From the NCBI GenBank assembly GCA_963662655.2, contig CAXXTU010000002.1, forward strand, positions 1,504,001 through 1,568,000: a DNA stretch of 64,000 nucleotides, in the 5' to 3' direction. Source of the DNA: Candidatus Cloacimonadales bacterium. Lineage in GTDB: Bacteria; Cloacimonadota; Cloacimonadia; Cloacimonadales; JAIOQZ01. Positions 42,886 through 52,390 of this stretch are shown here, piece after piece (within the stretch, counting starts at the first letter, position 1; every line of letters begins with the position of its first letter). Both the position numbers and the translations under genes were made by a program. The notes beneath the pieces were generated by a model. That model saw only the letters and a list, made by a program, of their open reading frames with translations. It searched no databases and was not told the DNA's origin.

Positions 42886-43878
42886 CTACGGAATCTCTTT
42901 TCTGAGGAGGAAGCGGAATGCCGCCTCCGCGATGAGGAACGCCATCGCGAGGATCAGCACAATGCCGAAGAGTTCGCGGTGCTGGTAGTAGGTATTCACC
43001 TTGACCGTGCTCTTCTCCATGCTGTCGATGAGTTCCAGAATCTGTTCGAGTTCCTTGGTGTTGTGCGCACGGCGCGCTTTGCGTGTACCTGTGATATCGG
43101 CGATCTGGTTCAGGGTATCCATATCGACGTCGCTGCGGCCCTTCTGATAGCGTGTCCTGCCCCAGGCGTCCTTGTAAGGGAAATCGACCATACCCTGGCT
43201 TCCGACACCGATCGGATAGACTTTGATGTCGTTGATCTTCGCCAGTTCGGCTGCATCGAGCGGCTCGATCTCGCCGGTGTTGTTGCGACCGTCCGTAATG
43301 AGGATCACGACTTTCGACTTCGCGTCCGATTTCTCCAGCCGCGCGACCGCGGTTCCAAGCCCGAGTCCTATCGCCGTCCCGTTCTGCGATTCGTCGATCT
43401 TCACCGATTCCAGAAGCCTGTTGAGGATCCGGTAATCGAGCGTAAGAGGGCACTGCGTGAAGGCGTGCTCCGCGAAAACGACGATTCCGATGCGGTCGTT
43501 GGGACGCTTGCGGATGAATTCCGCCGCTACCTTCTTTGCGGCTTCCAGGCGGTTTTCCGGCTGGAAGTCGATGGCGTGCATACTGCCCGAGATATCGACG
43601 GCCAGCATGATATCGATGCCGCGCCCGACCACCTCGGTTTGCTTGTTCTTGAAACGAGGTCTGGCAAGCGACGTGACCAGGAGTAGGATGATCAGCGTCC
43701 TGAAGACGATGGGGACAAAACGCATGAGGCTGCTGTGACCGGCTGCTTCCTTGAGAAGCGCGACCGATGGATGGATGATCCTGACGATTTTCCGTCTCTT
43801 GTAGAAGATTTCATACACGAGGTAGAATGGTATAATCAAGAGCAACCAGAACCAGGAAGGACTCGCGAACTCAAACAT
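42886..43878 (-). CDS. batA: BatA (vWA domain)
   Basis: DISGSM, RPNDRIG.VVF, GTAIGLG, ITDGRNN. Confidence 0.92.
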   Translation of the reverse strand: MFEFASPSWFWLLLIIPFYLVYEIFYKRRKIVRIIHPSVALLKEAAGHSSLMRFVPIVFRTLIILLLVTSLARPRFKNKQTEVVGRGIDIMLAVDISGSMHAIDFQPENRLEAAKKVAAEFIRKRPNDRIGIVVFAEHAFTQCPLTLDYRILNRLLESVKIDESQNGTAIGLGLGTAVARLEKSDAKSKVVILITDGRNNTGEIEPLDAAELAKINDIKVYPIGVGSQGMVDFPYKDAWGRTRYQKGRSDVDMDTLNQIADITGTRKARRAHNTKELEQILELIDSMEKSTVKVNTYYQHRELFGIVLILAMAFLIAEAAFRFLLRKEIP

Positions 43879-44800
43879 CCTTCGCCTCCTCTTCCCGTTG
43901 CTCCTTCTGACGGTGCTCGAAGGATTTAAGATAATCCTCCAGCCATTTCTCCGATCCGGCACACTCCTTGTACGAGCTTTGTCCCTTGGCGTACTTGATC
44001 CGGTCGGCGCCATCGAGGAAATGCAGGATTTCGCTCTTCTCGCTGTGATCCTTCAGCACAAGCGCTTCCCTGATCTCGCGCGTGGTCATCTCCATCGCCT
44101 TGATGCCGTAATAACGCTCGATGAAGAACCGCAGAATCATGGTAATCTCGAAATAGTACTCGAGGAACTGCCCATGATCCGGTAATTTCTTCACGCGAAG
44201 CGTCTCCAGCAATTCAAGCGCGATCACGAACGCCGGGCGCGTGTCCTTGAGCTTGATGGGCAATGCTTCTTTCTGTGGCCTGCGCTTCAGGTAGCGGATC
44301 AGGAATATCAGACCGGTTATCAGCAACGCCAGCGCGAAAATCGGCAGGAAGATGTCCCAGAATCCCGGGTAGATCATCAGGGGTTCTGCGATATCACGTA
44401 CCACGTTGCTGCTATCCGCCAGCATGCTGCGCACGCCGATCTCGAATGGCTCGGTACGCAATTTCTCCAGATTTCCAGCAACCGTTTTCAGCGAAAACTC
44501 GAGTGGCGGGAAGGTGTGCTCGCCCGGCTCGCTCGCGGCGATTGTCAGATCAATGCCTGTCAACTGCTGTTGACCATCCCTGTCCTCTGCGATCTGCCTG
44601 TCGAGGATGTGGAAGACACCCACCGTGTCGATCATGGGTGCATAGATGCTGTCACCCACGGTAGAGGTGATATCGACATGCAGCCTGATGGGCGTTCCGA
44701 TGTAAACTTCCACGGGAATCTCCTGCTGCTGGGAGATGCTCTGCGCCCCCAGCATGGAGATCGTTATCAGTGACATGAGAAGTATAAGTCTAAACCGCAT
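43871..44800 (-). CDS. Bat-operon membrane protein (hypothetical)
   Basis: Signal peptide, DIAEP + TM, AMEMTTREI, ADRIKYAK. Confidence 0.8.
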   Translation of the reverse strand: MRFRLILLMSLITISMLGAQSISQQQEIPVEVYIGTPIRLHVDITSTVGDSIYAPMIDTVGVFHILDRQIAEDRDGQQQLTGIDLTIAASEPGEHTFPPLEFSLKTVAGNLEKLRTEPFEIGVRSMLADSSNVVRDIAEPLMIYPGFWDIFLPIFALALLITGLIFLIRYLKRRPQKEALPIKLKDTRPAFVIALELLETLRVKKLPDHGQFLEYYFEITMILRFFIERYYGIKAMEMTTREIREALVLKDHSEKSEILHFLDGADRIKYAKGQSSYKECAGSEKWLEDYLKSFEHRQKEQREEEAKDV

Positions 44801-44802
44801 AA

Positions 44803-45678
44803 TTATTTCCGTTTCTTGCGCAGCTTGAAGAACTGCATGAGCTCCTTCGCGTACGGCCTGTTGGTTCGCAAATCGACAAGATCGATCTTCATTCGTTTGA
44901 AGCGATCTGCGAGTTCCTCGTCACGTTTCTGCGTCAGGGCTTTGTAGCGTTCACGCACTCTCTTCGACGAGCTGTTCACCGTAAAGGTCTCTCCCGTTTC
45001 GGGATCCCGCACCGAGATGAGTCCGGCGTCCGGCAGCTCTTCTTCCGCCGGGTCCAGCACGCGTATCGCGATGACGTCGTGCTTCTTGGCTAGAATCTTC
45101 AGCGCGCTGTCGTAACCCTCGGCAAGGAAGTCGGATATCACGAAGATAATGCTGTGCTTCTTCACCAGCCGATAGACGTATTCCGACGCCTTCCGGAGGT
45201 CGGTTCCGTCGCTCTGCGGCTCGAAGTACAGGATATCGCGCAGGATTCTGAGCGCCGTCTTCTTGCCTTTGCGCGGCGGAATGTACTTCTCGATCTCGTC
45301 CGAGAAGAGCAGCAGCCCCACCTTGTCGTTGTTGGAAAGCGCTGAGAAGGAGAGCACCGCCGTTACTTCGGTAATGTATTCCGATTTGAGCGCACCCCGT
45401 GTTCCGAACAGCGTCGAAGCACTTCCGTCCACCAGGAACAGCACATTGAGTTCGCGCGTTTCCTCGAACTTCTTGATGTACGGCGTCCGCATACGGGCGG
45501 AGACATTCCAGTCGATCTGACGGTAGCTGTCGCCGCTCTGGTACTCGCGCACCTCGGAGAACTCGAGTCCCTGCCCCTTGAAGAGGGAGTGGTACTCGCC
45601 CGAGAAGAGCTCGTTCACCATGTTTCGCGTGGTGATTTCGATCTTTCGGATCTTCTTGAGAATTTCGGTCGTATCCAT
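44803..45678 (-). CDS. DUF58 domain protein
   Basis: GQGLEFSEVREY..GD..RQIDWNVSAR, FEETREL. Confidence 0.93.
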   Translation of the reverse strand: MDTTEILKKIRKIEITTRNMVNELFSGEYHSLFKGQGLEFSEVREYQSGDSYRQIDWNVSARMRTPYIKKFEETRELNVLFLVDGSASTLFGTRGALKSEYITEVTAVLSFSALSNNDKVGLLLFSDEIEKYIPPRKGKKTALRILRDILYFEPQSDGTDLRKASEYVYRLVKKHSIIFVISDFLAEGYDSALKILAKKHDVIAIRVLDPAEEELPDAGLISVRDPETGETFTVNSSSKRVRERYKALTQKRDEELADRFKRMKIDLVDLRTNRPYAKELMQFFKLRKKRK

Positions 45679-45690
45679 AAGCCGCTATTT

Positions 45691-46677
45691 CTAAGGAACT
45701 TCTATTTCATCAAAGAGTTTTTGAACGATGTCTTCCTGGGTTCTTTGCTCCGCTTCCGCCTCGTACGTGAGGATGATGCGATGACGCAGCACGTCCTTTC
45801 CGATGGCCTTCACATCGTCCGGCGTCACGTATCCGCGGTGTTCCAGCATGGCGTGCGCCTTCGCGGCTTGCGCCAGGTAGATACCTGCACGAGGGGATGC
45901 GCCGCATTCGATCAGGTTCTCCAGTTCCTTCAAATTCTTGAACTTGCCCGGCTCGCGCGTTGCGAAAACGAGGTCGAGGATGTACTCCTGCACCTTCTCT
46001 TCCATGTAGATATCCTTCACCAGCTCGCGCAGCTCAAGGATTTCCTTCGGATCAAGCGCCTTCTCCACCGGTATATTCTCGGCGCGCACCATGCGGTTCA
46101 TAATCTCCCGTTCTTCGTCGCGGGTCGGGTAGTCGACCAATAGCTTGAGCATGAAACGGTCAACCTGGGCTTCGGGGAGCGGGAAGGTTCCTTCCTGCTC
46201 GATTGGATTCTGCGTCGCCATCACCAGGAACGGTTTGGGAAGCGTGTGCGTGGTGTCGCTGATAGTCACCTGACGCTCCTGCATCGCTTCGAGCAGCGCA
46301 GACTGGACTTTCGCGGGGGCGCGGTTGATCTCGTCGGCAAGGATAAAATTCGCGAAGATCGGCCCCATCTTGGGCACGAACTCGCTCGTCTTCATATTGT
46401 AAATCATGGTTCCCACCAGGTCGGCCGGCAGGAGATCCGGAGTGAACTGAATGCGTTTGAACGTCGCGTCGAGCGCATTTGCAAGTGTTGTGACCGAAAG
46501 AGTTTTCGCCAATCCCGGAACACCCTCGAGCAGGATGTGTCCATTTGCCAGAAGGCCTATCATCATGCGGCGGATCATGTAATCCTGACCCACGATAACC
46601 TTTCTCACTTCGGCGAACACCCGATCGAGCGCTTGGCTTTTCTCCATAACGTTCTTGTTGATTTCCTCGATCGTCAT
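45691..46677 (-). CDS. moxR: MoxR family AAA+ ATPase
   Basis: LEGVPGLAKT, RIQFTPDLLPAD, ADEINRAPAKVQSALLEAM. Confidence 0.95.
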   Translation of the reverse strand: MTIEEINKNVMEKSQALDRVFAEVRKVIVGQDYMIRRMMIGLLANGHILLEGVPGLAKTLSVTTLANALDATFKRIQFTPDLLPADLVGTMIYNMKTSEFVPKMGPIFANFILADEINRAPAKVQSALLEAMQERQVTISDTTHTLPKPFLVMATQNPIEQEGTFPLPEAQVDRFMLKLLVDYPTRDEEREIMNRMVRAENIPVEKALDPKEILELRELVKDIYMEEKVQEYILDLVFATREPGKFKNLKELENLIECGASPRAGIYLAQAAKAHAMLEHRGYVTPDDVKAIGKDVLRHRIILTYEAEAEQRTQEDIVQKLFDEIEVP

Positions 46678-46720
46678 TTCTCCTCCTGAATTTCATTTTT
46701 CATCCGAATAACGCGAACCA

Positions 46721-47209
46721 TCAGCATGTGTTGCAATCCTCTTCACCATTTTTCTCAACAGTCTCGTGAATTGCAGGATTGATTTTCTTCTTCAGCTCCT
46801 TCACATAGTTGACAATCGCGTCGGGCGGAGCGTTCTTCAACGCCTCCAGCGTGCTGTGTATCTCGCCGTATAGCTCGATAGTCTGCGGATTCGTTTCCTT
46901 CTCGGATACGCCCGAGAACAAATCTTCCTTGGGATCAAGTTTGTATTTTAATAGTAAAAACTCATGGAAATACTTTGTTACGACCTTCGTCTTGACCGGC
47001 TCGTGCCCCAGCTCGATGTTCACCAGGTGCGAATAGAATTGCAACTCCGGTGAGAGTCGCCGGAATGGATATGTGCTTCTCGGGCGACGAAGTCTCCTGC
47101 GTGCGAGGAAGAGGTACACGATCAGAATCACGATAAACACGACGATGAACGTCATGATCAACGAGCGCCAGGAATCCGCCTTCGTCGCTGCCAGCGCCAA
47201 GGGAATCAT
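46721..47209 (-). CDS. Hypothetical single-pass membrane protein
   Basis: One TM helix followed by Arg-rich stretch; ATGA coupling to the upstream gene. Confidence 0.75.
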   Translation of the reverse strand: MIPLALAATKADSWRSLIMTFIVVFIVILIVYLFLARRRLRRPRSTYPFRRLSPELQFYSHLVNIELGHEPVKTKVVTKYFHEFLLLKYKLDPKEDLFSGVSEKETNPQTIELYGEIHSTLEALKNAPPDAIVNYVKELKKKINPAIHETVEKNGEEDCNTC

Positions 47210-47703
47210 CGCTTACACCTCTTCTCGATAATCGTGTTGCCCCGCAGTGACTTGAGTCGCAAAACCGCAGCCTCTTCCGATACCTCCATCACCAGGTACG
47301 AAGGCTCGCGGTTGCGATCGAATTCGCTTTTCAGATGACCGGGATTCGCATAGACAATCCCGTCCTCCCCGGAAATCCCACCGTGATGCGTATGCCCATA
47401 CAGCACGATATCGCCCTGCACCTTTTGCTTGAAATAATCCGCAAGGTGGTGCACCATCCCAATATTCCACCCATCGACATCCACATGCAATATCGCCGGT
47501 AACGATCCGTCGTGATACCGGGCGTGGAAGATTCCGGGGACCCGCATCAGTATCGCACCCTCGTACAGGTCGTAGTTATCCTGCATGTCCTCGTAGTTGT
47601 CGCCCAGATGGATGATCATATCGTAATCGGATTCCTGCGCGAACGGCTTGCGTAACAATTGATGGTTGCCGTGCGTGTCGGATAGAACGATGATCTTCGT
47701 CAT
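47206..47703 (-). CDS. YfcE/MJ0936-family metallophosphoesterase
   Basis: SDTHGN, HLGD, YGHTH, NPG. Confidence 0.9.
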   Translation of the reverse strand: MTKIIVLSDTHGNHQLLRKPFAQESDYDMIIHLGDNYEDMQDNYDLYEGAILMRVPGIFHARYHDGSLPAILHVDVDGWNIGMVHHLADYFKQKVQGDIVLYGHTHHGGISGEDGIVYANPGHLKSEFDRNREPSYLVMEVSEEAAVLRLKSLRGNTIIEKRCKR

Positions 47704-47748
47704 GTGTTTCTCCTGTTCTTTGTCTGGTACCTCGGCGCAGATCGCGAG

Positions 47749-47915
47749 CAGATTCGTTCGATCTCAAGCGGAATCGTGGTGTTTCACACCAGATTTTCGA
47801 CTTTCGTGCAACGAAAACGAAATCTTCGAACGAAAGCCTTTCGCGGAGCGATACAACGAGAGTGGATAATCGGGTGTGGTATATCCACGATGGAGCGAGG
47901 GATCGGGCGAAGATG
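47749..47915 (+). repeat. Dispersed structured intergenic element, copy C (167 bp)
   Basis: Collinear with and highly similar to copy A. Confidence 0.9.
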
Positions 47916-47977
47916 CCGCGATGTGCTGCACGCAAAGTCCACTCATAATTTATGTTCGAATCGAGATTGATCTTCCA

Positions 47978-49201
47978 CTATTTTCTGTCGTGAATCAAAT
48001 CCACCGGATCGTACTTCGTTGTCTTACGGGCCGGATAAATACTCGCCAGCAAAGCGATAACAAAAGCCACAACCGGTACGAGAATCAGATCAGAAGCCCT
48101 GAACTCGACAGGAACCGTACTCAAGGGAAATCCCGGGACAGGGATTTGAACCCACTGCCATTTAATCTGTGTCAGAAGTAACACGATTGCTGAGACGTAG
48201 CCCATGACAATCCCCGAAACACCGATGATCAACCCACCCGTTGTGAATATCCGTATTACATCGCGACCGCTCATGCCGATCGCCTTGAGAATACCCAACT
48301 CCTTGCGTTTCTCCACCACAGTTTTCAAGAAGCTACCCGAAATGTTCAGCGCGACAATCACGAACATCAAGCTGAGCACGGTAAACATCACAATCTTTTC
48401 GATGCGGATCGATGTAAAGAGATTCTTCTCGAACTGACTCCAGTCCTCGATAAAATATTCATCGCCAACCGCTTTCGAAATCGAATTCGCAGTCCGGATC
48501 GCCTTGTCCGCATTCTTGCTGTGAACCTCCAGCCGGTCAATCTCGTCCGTATAGCCCTGGAAATACCTCGCGTTCTCCAATGAGACCATCGCATACAGCT
48601 TATCGTAATCCGGCATGCCCGTACGAAGCAAACCGATCACGCGAAAATTCCTCGAACGCGGCAGCAATCCAAAAGGCCCGGGGTCCATCCCCAACGGAGT
48701 GGAAAGCCGTACTTCCTCACCCACCGTTACACGAAGATCAAGCGACAAGTCCATTCCCAACAGAATCCCGTCGTCCTTCAGACTCGCTTCACCGGGATCG
48801 CCGATGATTACATGATCGCTCAGTGCACTGATATCGATGTGCCGCCGATAATCGATGCCAATGCAGCGAATCGCACTGATCCGATCCCGGTGCTGAATCA
48901 ATAACTCGCTTTGACATACGGGGGAAACGGAAGCGACTCCCTCTACCCGGTCGACCTTCCCCATTACTTCTTCCCAATCCTGCATCGGTTGGTAATCTCT
49001 ATTCATTACGTGGATATCCGATTTGAATCCGATCACCTTGGATCGCATATATCGCTCGAAGCCATTCATGACCGACGAAACGACCAGCAACGCGAACACG
49101 CCCAGTGATATCCCCAGCAATGCCAGCATGTTGGTCGAATTCAAGAAAAGCCTCTTCCTCGATTTCAAGTAGCGGAATGCGATAAAATAGGACGGTTTCA
49201 A
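47978..49201 (-). CDS. Lipoprotein-releasing ABC permease LolC/E family
   Basis: IAFRYLKS, VVSSVMNGF, EKRKELGILKAIG, ASIYPARK; TTG start. Confidence 0.9.
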   Translation of the reverse strand: MKPSYFIAFRYLKSRKRLFLNSTNMLALLGISLGVFALLVVSSVMNGFERYMRSKVIGFKSDIHVMNRDYQPMQDWEEVMGKVDRVEGVASVSPVCQSELLIQHRDRISAIRCIGIDYRRHIDISALSDHVIIGDPGEASLKDDGILLGMDLSLDLRVTVGEEVRLSTPLGMDPGPFGLLPRSRNFRVIGLLRTGMPDYDKLYAMVSLENARYFQGYTDEIDRLEVHSKNADKAIRTANSISKAVGDEYFIEDWSQFEKNLFTSIRIEKIVMFTVLSLMFVIVALNISGSFLKTVVEKRKELGILKAIGMSGRDVIRIFTTGGLIIGVSGIVMGYVSAIVLLLTQIKWQWVQIPVPGFPLSTVPVEFRASDLILVPVVAFVIALLASIYPARKTTKYDPVDLIHDRK

Positions 49202-49202
49202 G

Positions 49203-52200
49203 TTATAATCCTGCCGTATCGGGATTGATCAACCTCTCAATCATCCTGCTGAGCTTCTGGATATTGTACGGCTTCATGATTACATCGTTGAAGCCTTCGC
49301 TCAACAGATCGTCGATGAGATTTATTTCCGTGTACCCCCGTGGTCGCTATCGCCTTGATGTCCGGATCGATCTTGCGGATATCCCTTAAGATTTCGATTC
49401 CCCCGTTTTCACCGGGGATCGTCAAGTCAAGCAGCACCACGTCGTAAGGTGTTTTGCTTTCAATAGCTTTGTTGAATAACCACAGCGCTCGGTCCTCTCC
49501 CTGCGCCGTGTCGATCTCATAACCGAGATGCTTGCTCAGCCTTTTCAACATCTGGCAAACCTCTTTCTGATCGTCCACGGCCAGTATGCGACCTGTTCCT
49601 TTTATAAATGCTGATGTCGATGAAGCATAAACTTCTTTCTGATCCGATGCTGGCAGATAGATATGAAACGTCGTATATTTCCCCACCTCCGATTGCACTT
49701 CGATTTTCCCGTTGTGCTTACGGATAATCGAATGGACTACCGCAAGCCCCAGGCCATGTCCGGTTTCCTTCGTGGAAAAATATGGGTCGAATATTCTATG
49801 AAGATTTTCCTGCGGAATTCCATGCCCGGTATCGGAAATGCTGATACGAACATATTCACACTGCTCGTCCGGAGCGAGATTTCCCTCCACTTCCCGGCGG
49901 CTCATCGTTCGATTCTCCGCCCAGATTCGGACAAGCCCCCCCTCGGGCATTGCAGCGCTTGCATTGATGACGATATTCTGCACGACCTGGCTCAATTGCC
50001 CCCTGTCTGCGATTACATTCTTCAAATCCTCGGGATGATCGAATTCGCAATCCGTCTTCGAACCCCTGAGCGCAAAGAAAGCCGAGTCCCGGATCACGTG
50101 ATCAAGATCCGTGTTTTCCAGAATAGGTGCGCCCCCCTTGGAGAAGGTCAGCAGTTGTTTCGTCAGCGATTGCGCCCTGCGGATCGCTTTAACAGTCTCA
50201 TCGAGGTTTTCGTAATCAATGGAGGTTTCGTGGAAGTTTGTCATCACCATCTCGATATTGCCCAGCATAATCAATAGCAGGTTGTTGAAGTCATGCGCGA
50301 TACCTCCCGCCAAAATGCCGAGTGAATCCAGCTTCTGCAAGCGAAGACGCTCCTCTTCATACTGGCTGCGCTCGGTGATGTCGAGAGCGACCTTCAAGAA
50401 AAGTTCTTCTCCATCAACATCGGTGAACTTGATGATGTTCGCCAAATAATGCCTGCCGTGAGGATCATTCCACTCGAAAGAGGTGCTGTCGATATTTTCG
50501 TACTTACTAAACAGCTTGCAGCTTTCACATGGAGTATCCCGATCTTGCACAATCTTATGACATAATCTGTTTTCGTATTCCCCATATCGCTCTATGAAAG
50601 CTTTATTCCCATATTTGATCTTGTAATCTCTTGCCTGTATATAGACTGGGGTAGGCAAGAGGTCGAGAATGGTGAAAAGCCTGCTCTTTTCCTGTTTCAG
50701 CTTGGATAGCGCGCTTTCGCGTTCGGTTATATCGTTCATGATTGCTATGATGCTCATAGGCTTACCGTCTTTATCTTTCGCCAGAGAACATAAAAACGCG
50801 AGAGATTTATCGATTCCCTGCGCATTAACAAACGATATTTCTCCATCCCAAAATCCATTACGTAAAACATAATCCAGAATGGTACCTGTTTGGGCCTTAT
50901 CGGGAAACAAATCACGCACATTCTTCCCAACTATCTGCATGGGGTTATCATAGCCGAAGACCTTCACCGTAGCCTTGTTCACATAGGTTACTTTGCCCGA
51001 AGCATCCGCAATACCTATGCCGTTGACGGACGATTCGATTGCGATATCCTTGACTTTCATCATGTCTTCGGACATTTTTTTCATTGTGATATCCTCGACA
51101 ATCCCAAGGATATACTTCGGTTCGTCATTGTCATCGAATATCGGAACTCTCTTCACATTCAGCCAGATGTTGCGAATCCCCGAGTCAATGTGTTCTTCAT
51201 AGAATGTTACATCCTCTCGATTCCTTATCGTTTCCGCGTCCTTCATGTGGTAATATTCCGCGACATCCGGTTTATCCACGATTTCATCATCGGTCTTCCC
51301 GAGCGTTGCAGAGCGTGGAATCCCCGTCATAACTTCAAACTGACGGTTCCAGACGATGAAACGAAAATCGTCTTTGGCATCCTTCACGAAGACGCCGAGG
51401 GGCAGCTCATGAATGATCTGTTCGCTGAATCGTTTCTGATCGTCCAATTGTTTCAGGGCGTTGACGCGTTGCGTAATGTCCATCATCGAGACTATGCGCT
51501 CCATCGTCTCGCTATCCACGCTAATTTTCATGTGGATATGCAGCTCTTCACCCCGGCGGTTGTAGATTCTGAATTCATACTCGGAGGGCGGATTCCCTTT
51601 CATCTCGGAACGAAGCTTATGATAATAAGACATCCGTTCGTAGTCCTCGGGAACGATGAAATCGCTGAGCTGTTTATGCCCTTCAATCTCATCTCGATTA
51701 AAACCTATCAGTTCGCAAAATTTCTTGTTGCAGCGGGTAATAACCCCATCATCGCCGAATATGCACGTTGCCGCACCGGTATTCTCGAATACCAGGCGGT
51801 ACTTCATCTCTTCTTTCTCGATGAGCTGCGCGATCTCCTTGCTGTCCATCAACGGGATGAAGAAGAAGTCGCAATTCTCGCTTTCATCGCTTTGCGTTTT
51901 CACGCCAACGATGCGCATGGGGACTTGGTCATGCTCCGAAAAACTGATGATCTGCTCTTCAGCGTATTTCATGCCCCCAGAAATTTTCCGATACACCTTT
52001 TCGATTCCAGCGCAAGTTTTTGGGCTGAGCCACTTTCTCAGATCATCCTCACTTGGATTGGCGTCATCGATTTTCGCGTAATCTCTGGCAGATTGGTTAT
52101 ACTTGACAATTCGAAGCGAACTGTCGATAATTATATGGGGCACATTGAACAAGCTGCAAAGCAACTCGACGGTGTTATAATTTTCATCCGGCAAATCTGA

Positions 52201-52212
52201 AAACTGTTTCAT
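49203..52212 (-). pseudogene. Multi-PAS hybrid histidine kinase with +1 frameshift in the receiver domain
   Basis: PAS repeats, GGIAHDFNN, N/G boxes, receiver; the ORF as given stops at 49237, but removing one G of the G5 run restores TTGYTE...KPY ending at 49203. May be a sequencing error. Confidence 0.75.
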
Positions 52213-52390
52213 CTTATTCCCTTGGTTTCAGAATGATAATTCATTACACAACAGTACCCTGTTTTGATCAAGTAAAAATATTTTTATAGCCCAATAATCT
52301 TTAAAATTATTCAGCTTCCCCGAATAATCTTCTTGCCTGATCGCACCCAACCCGGTTATAAATGCACTGTGCTTCAAGGAGGATAGAACG

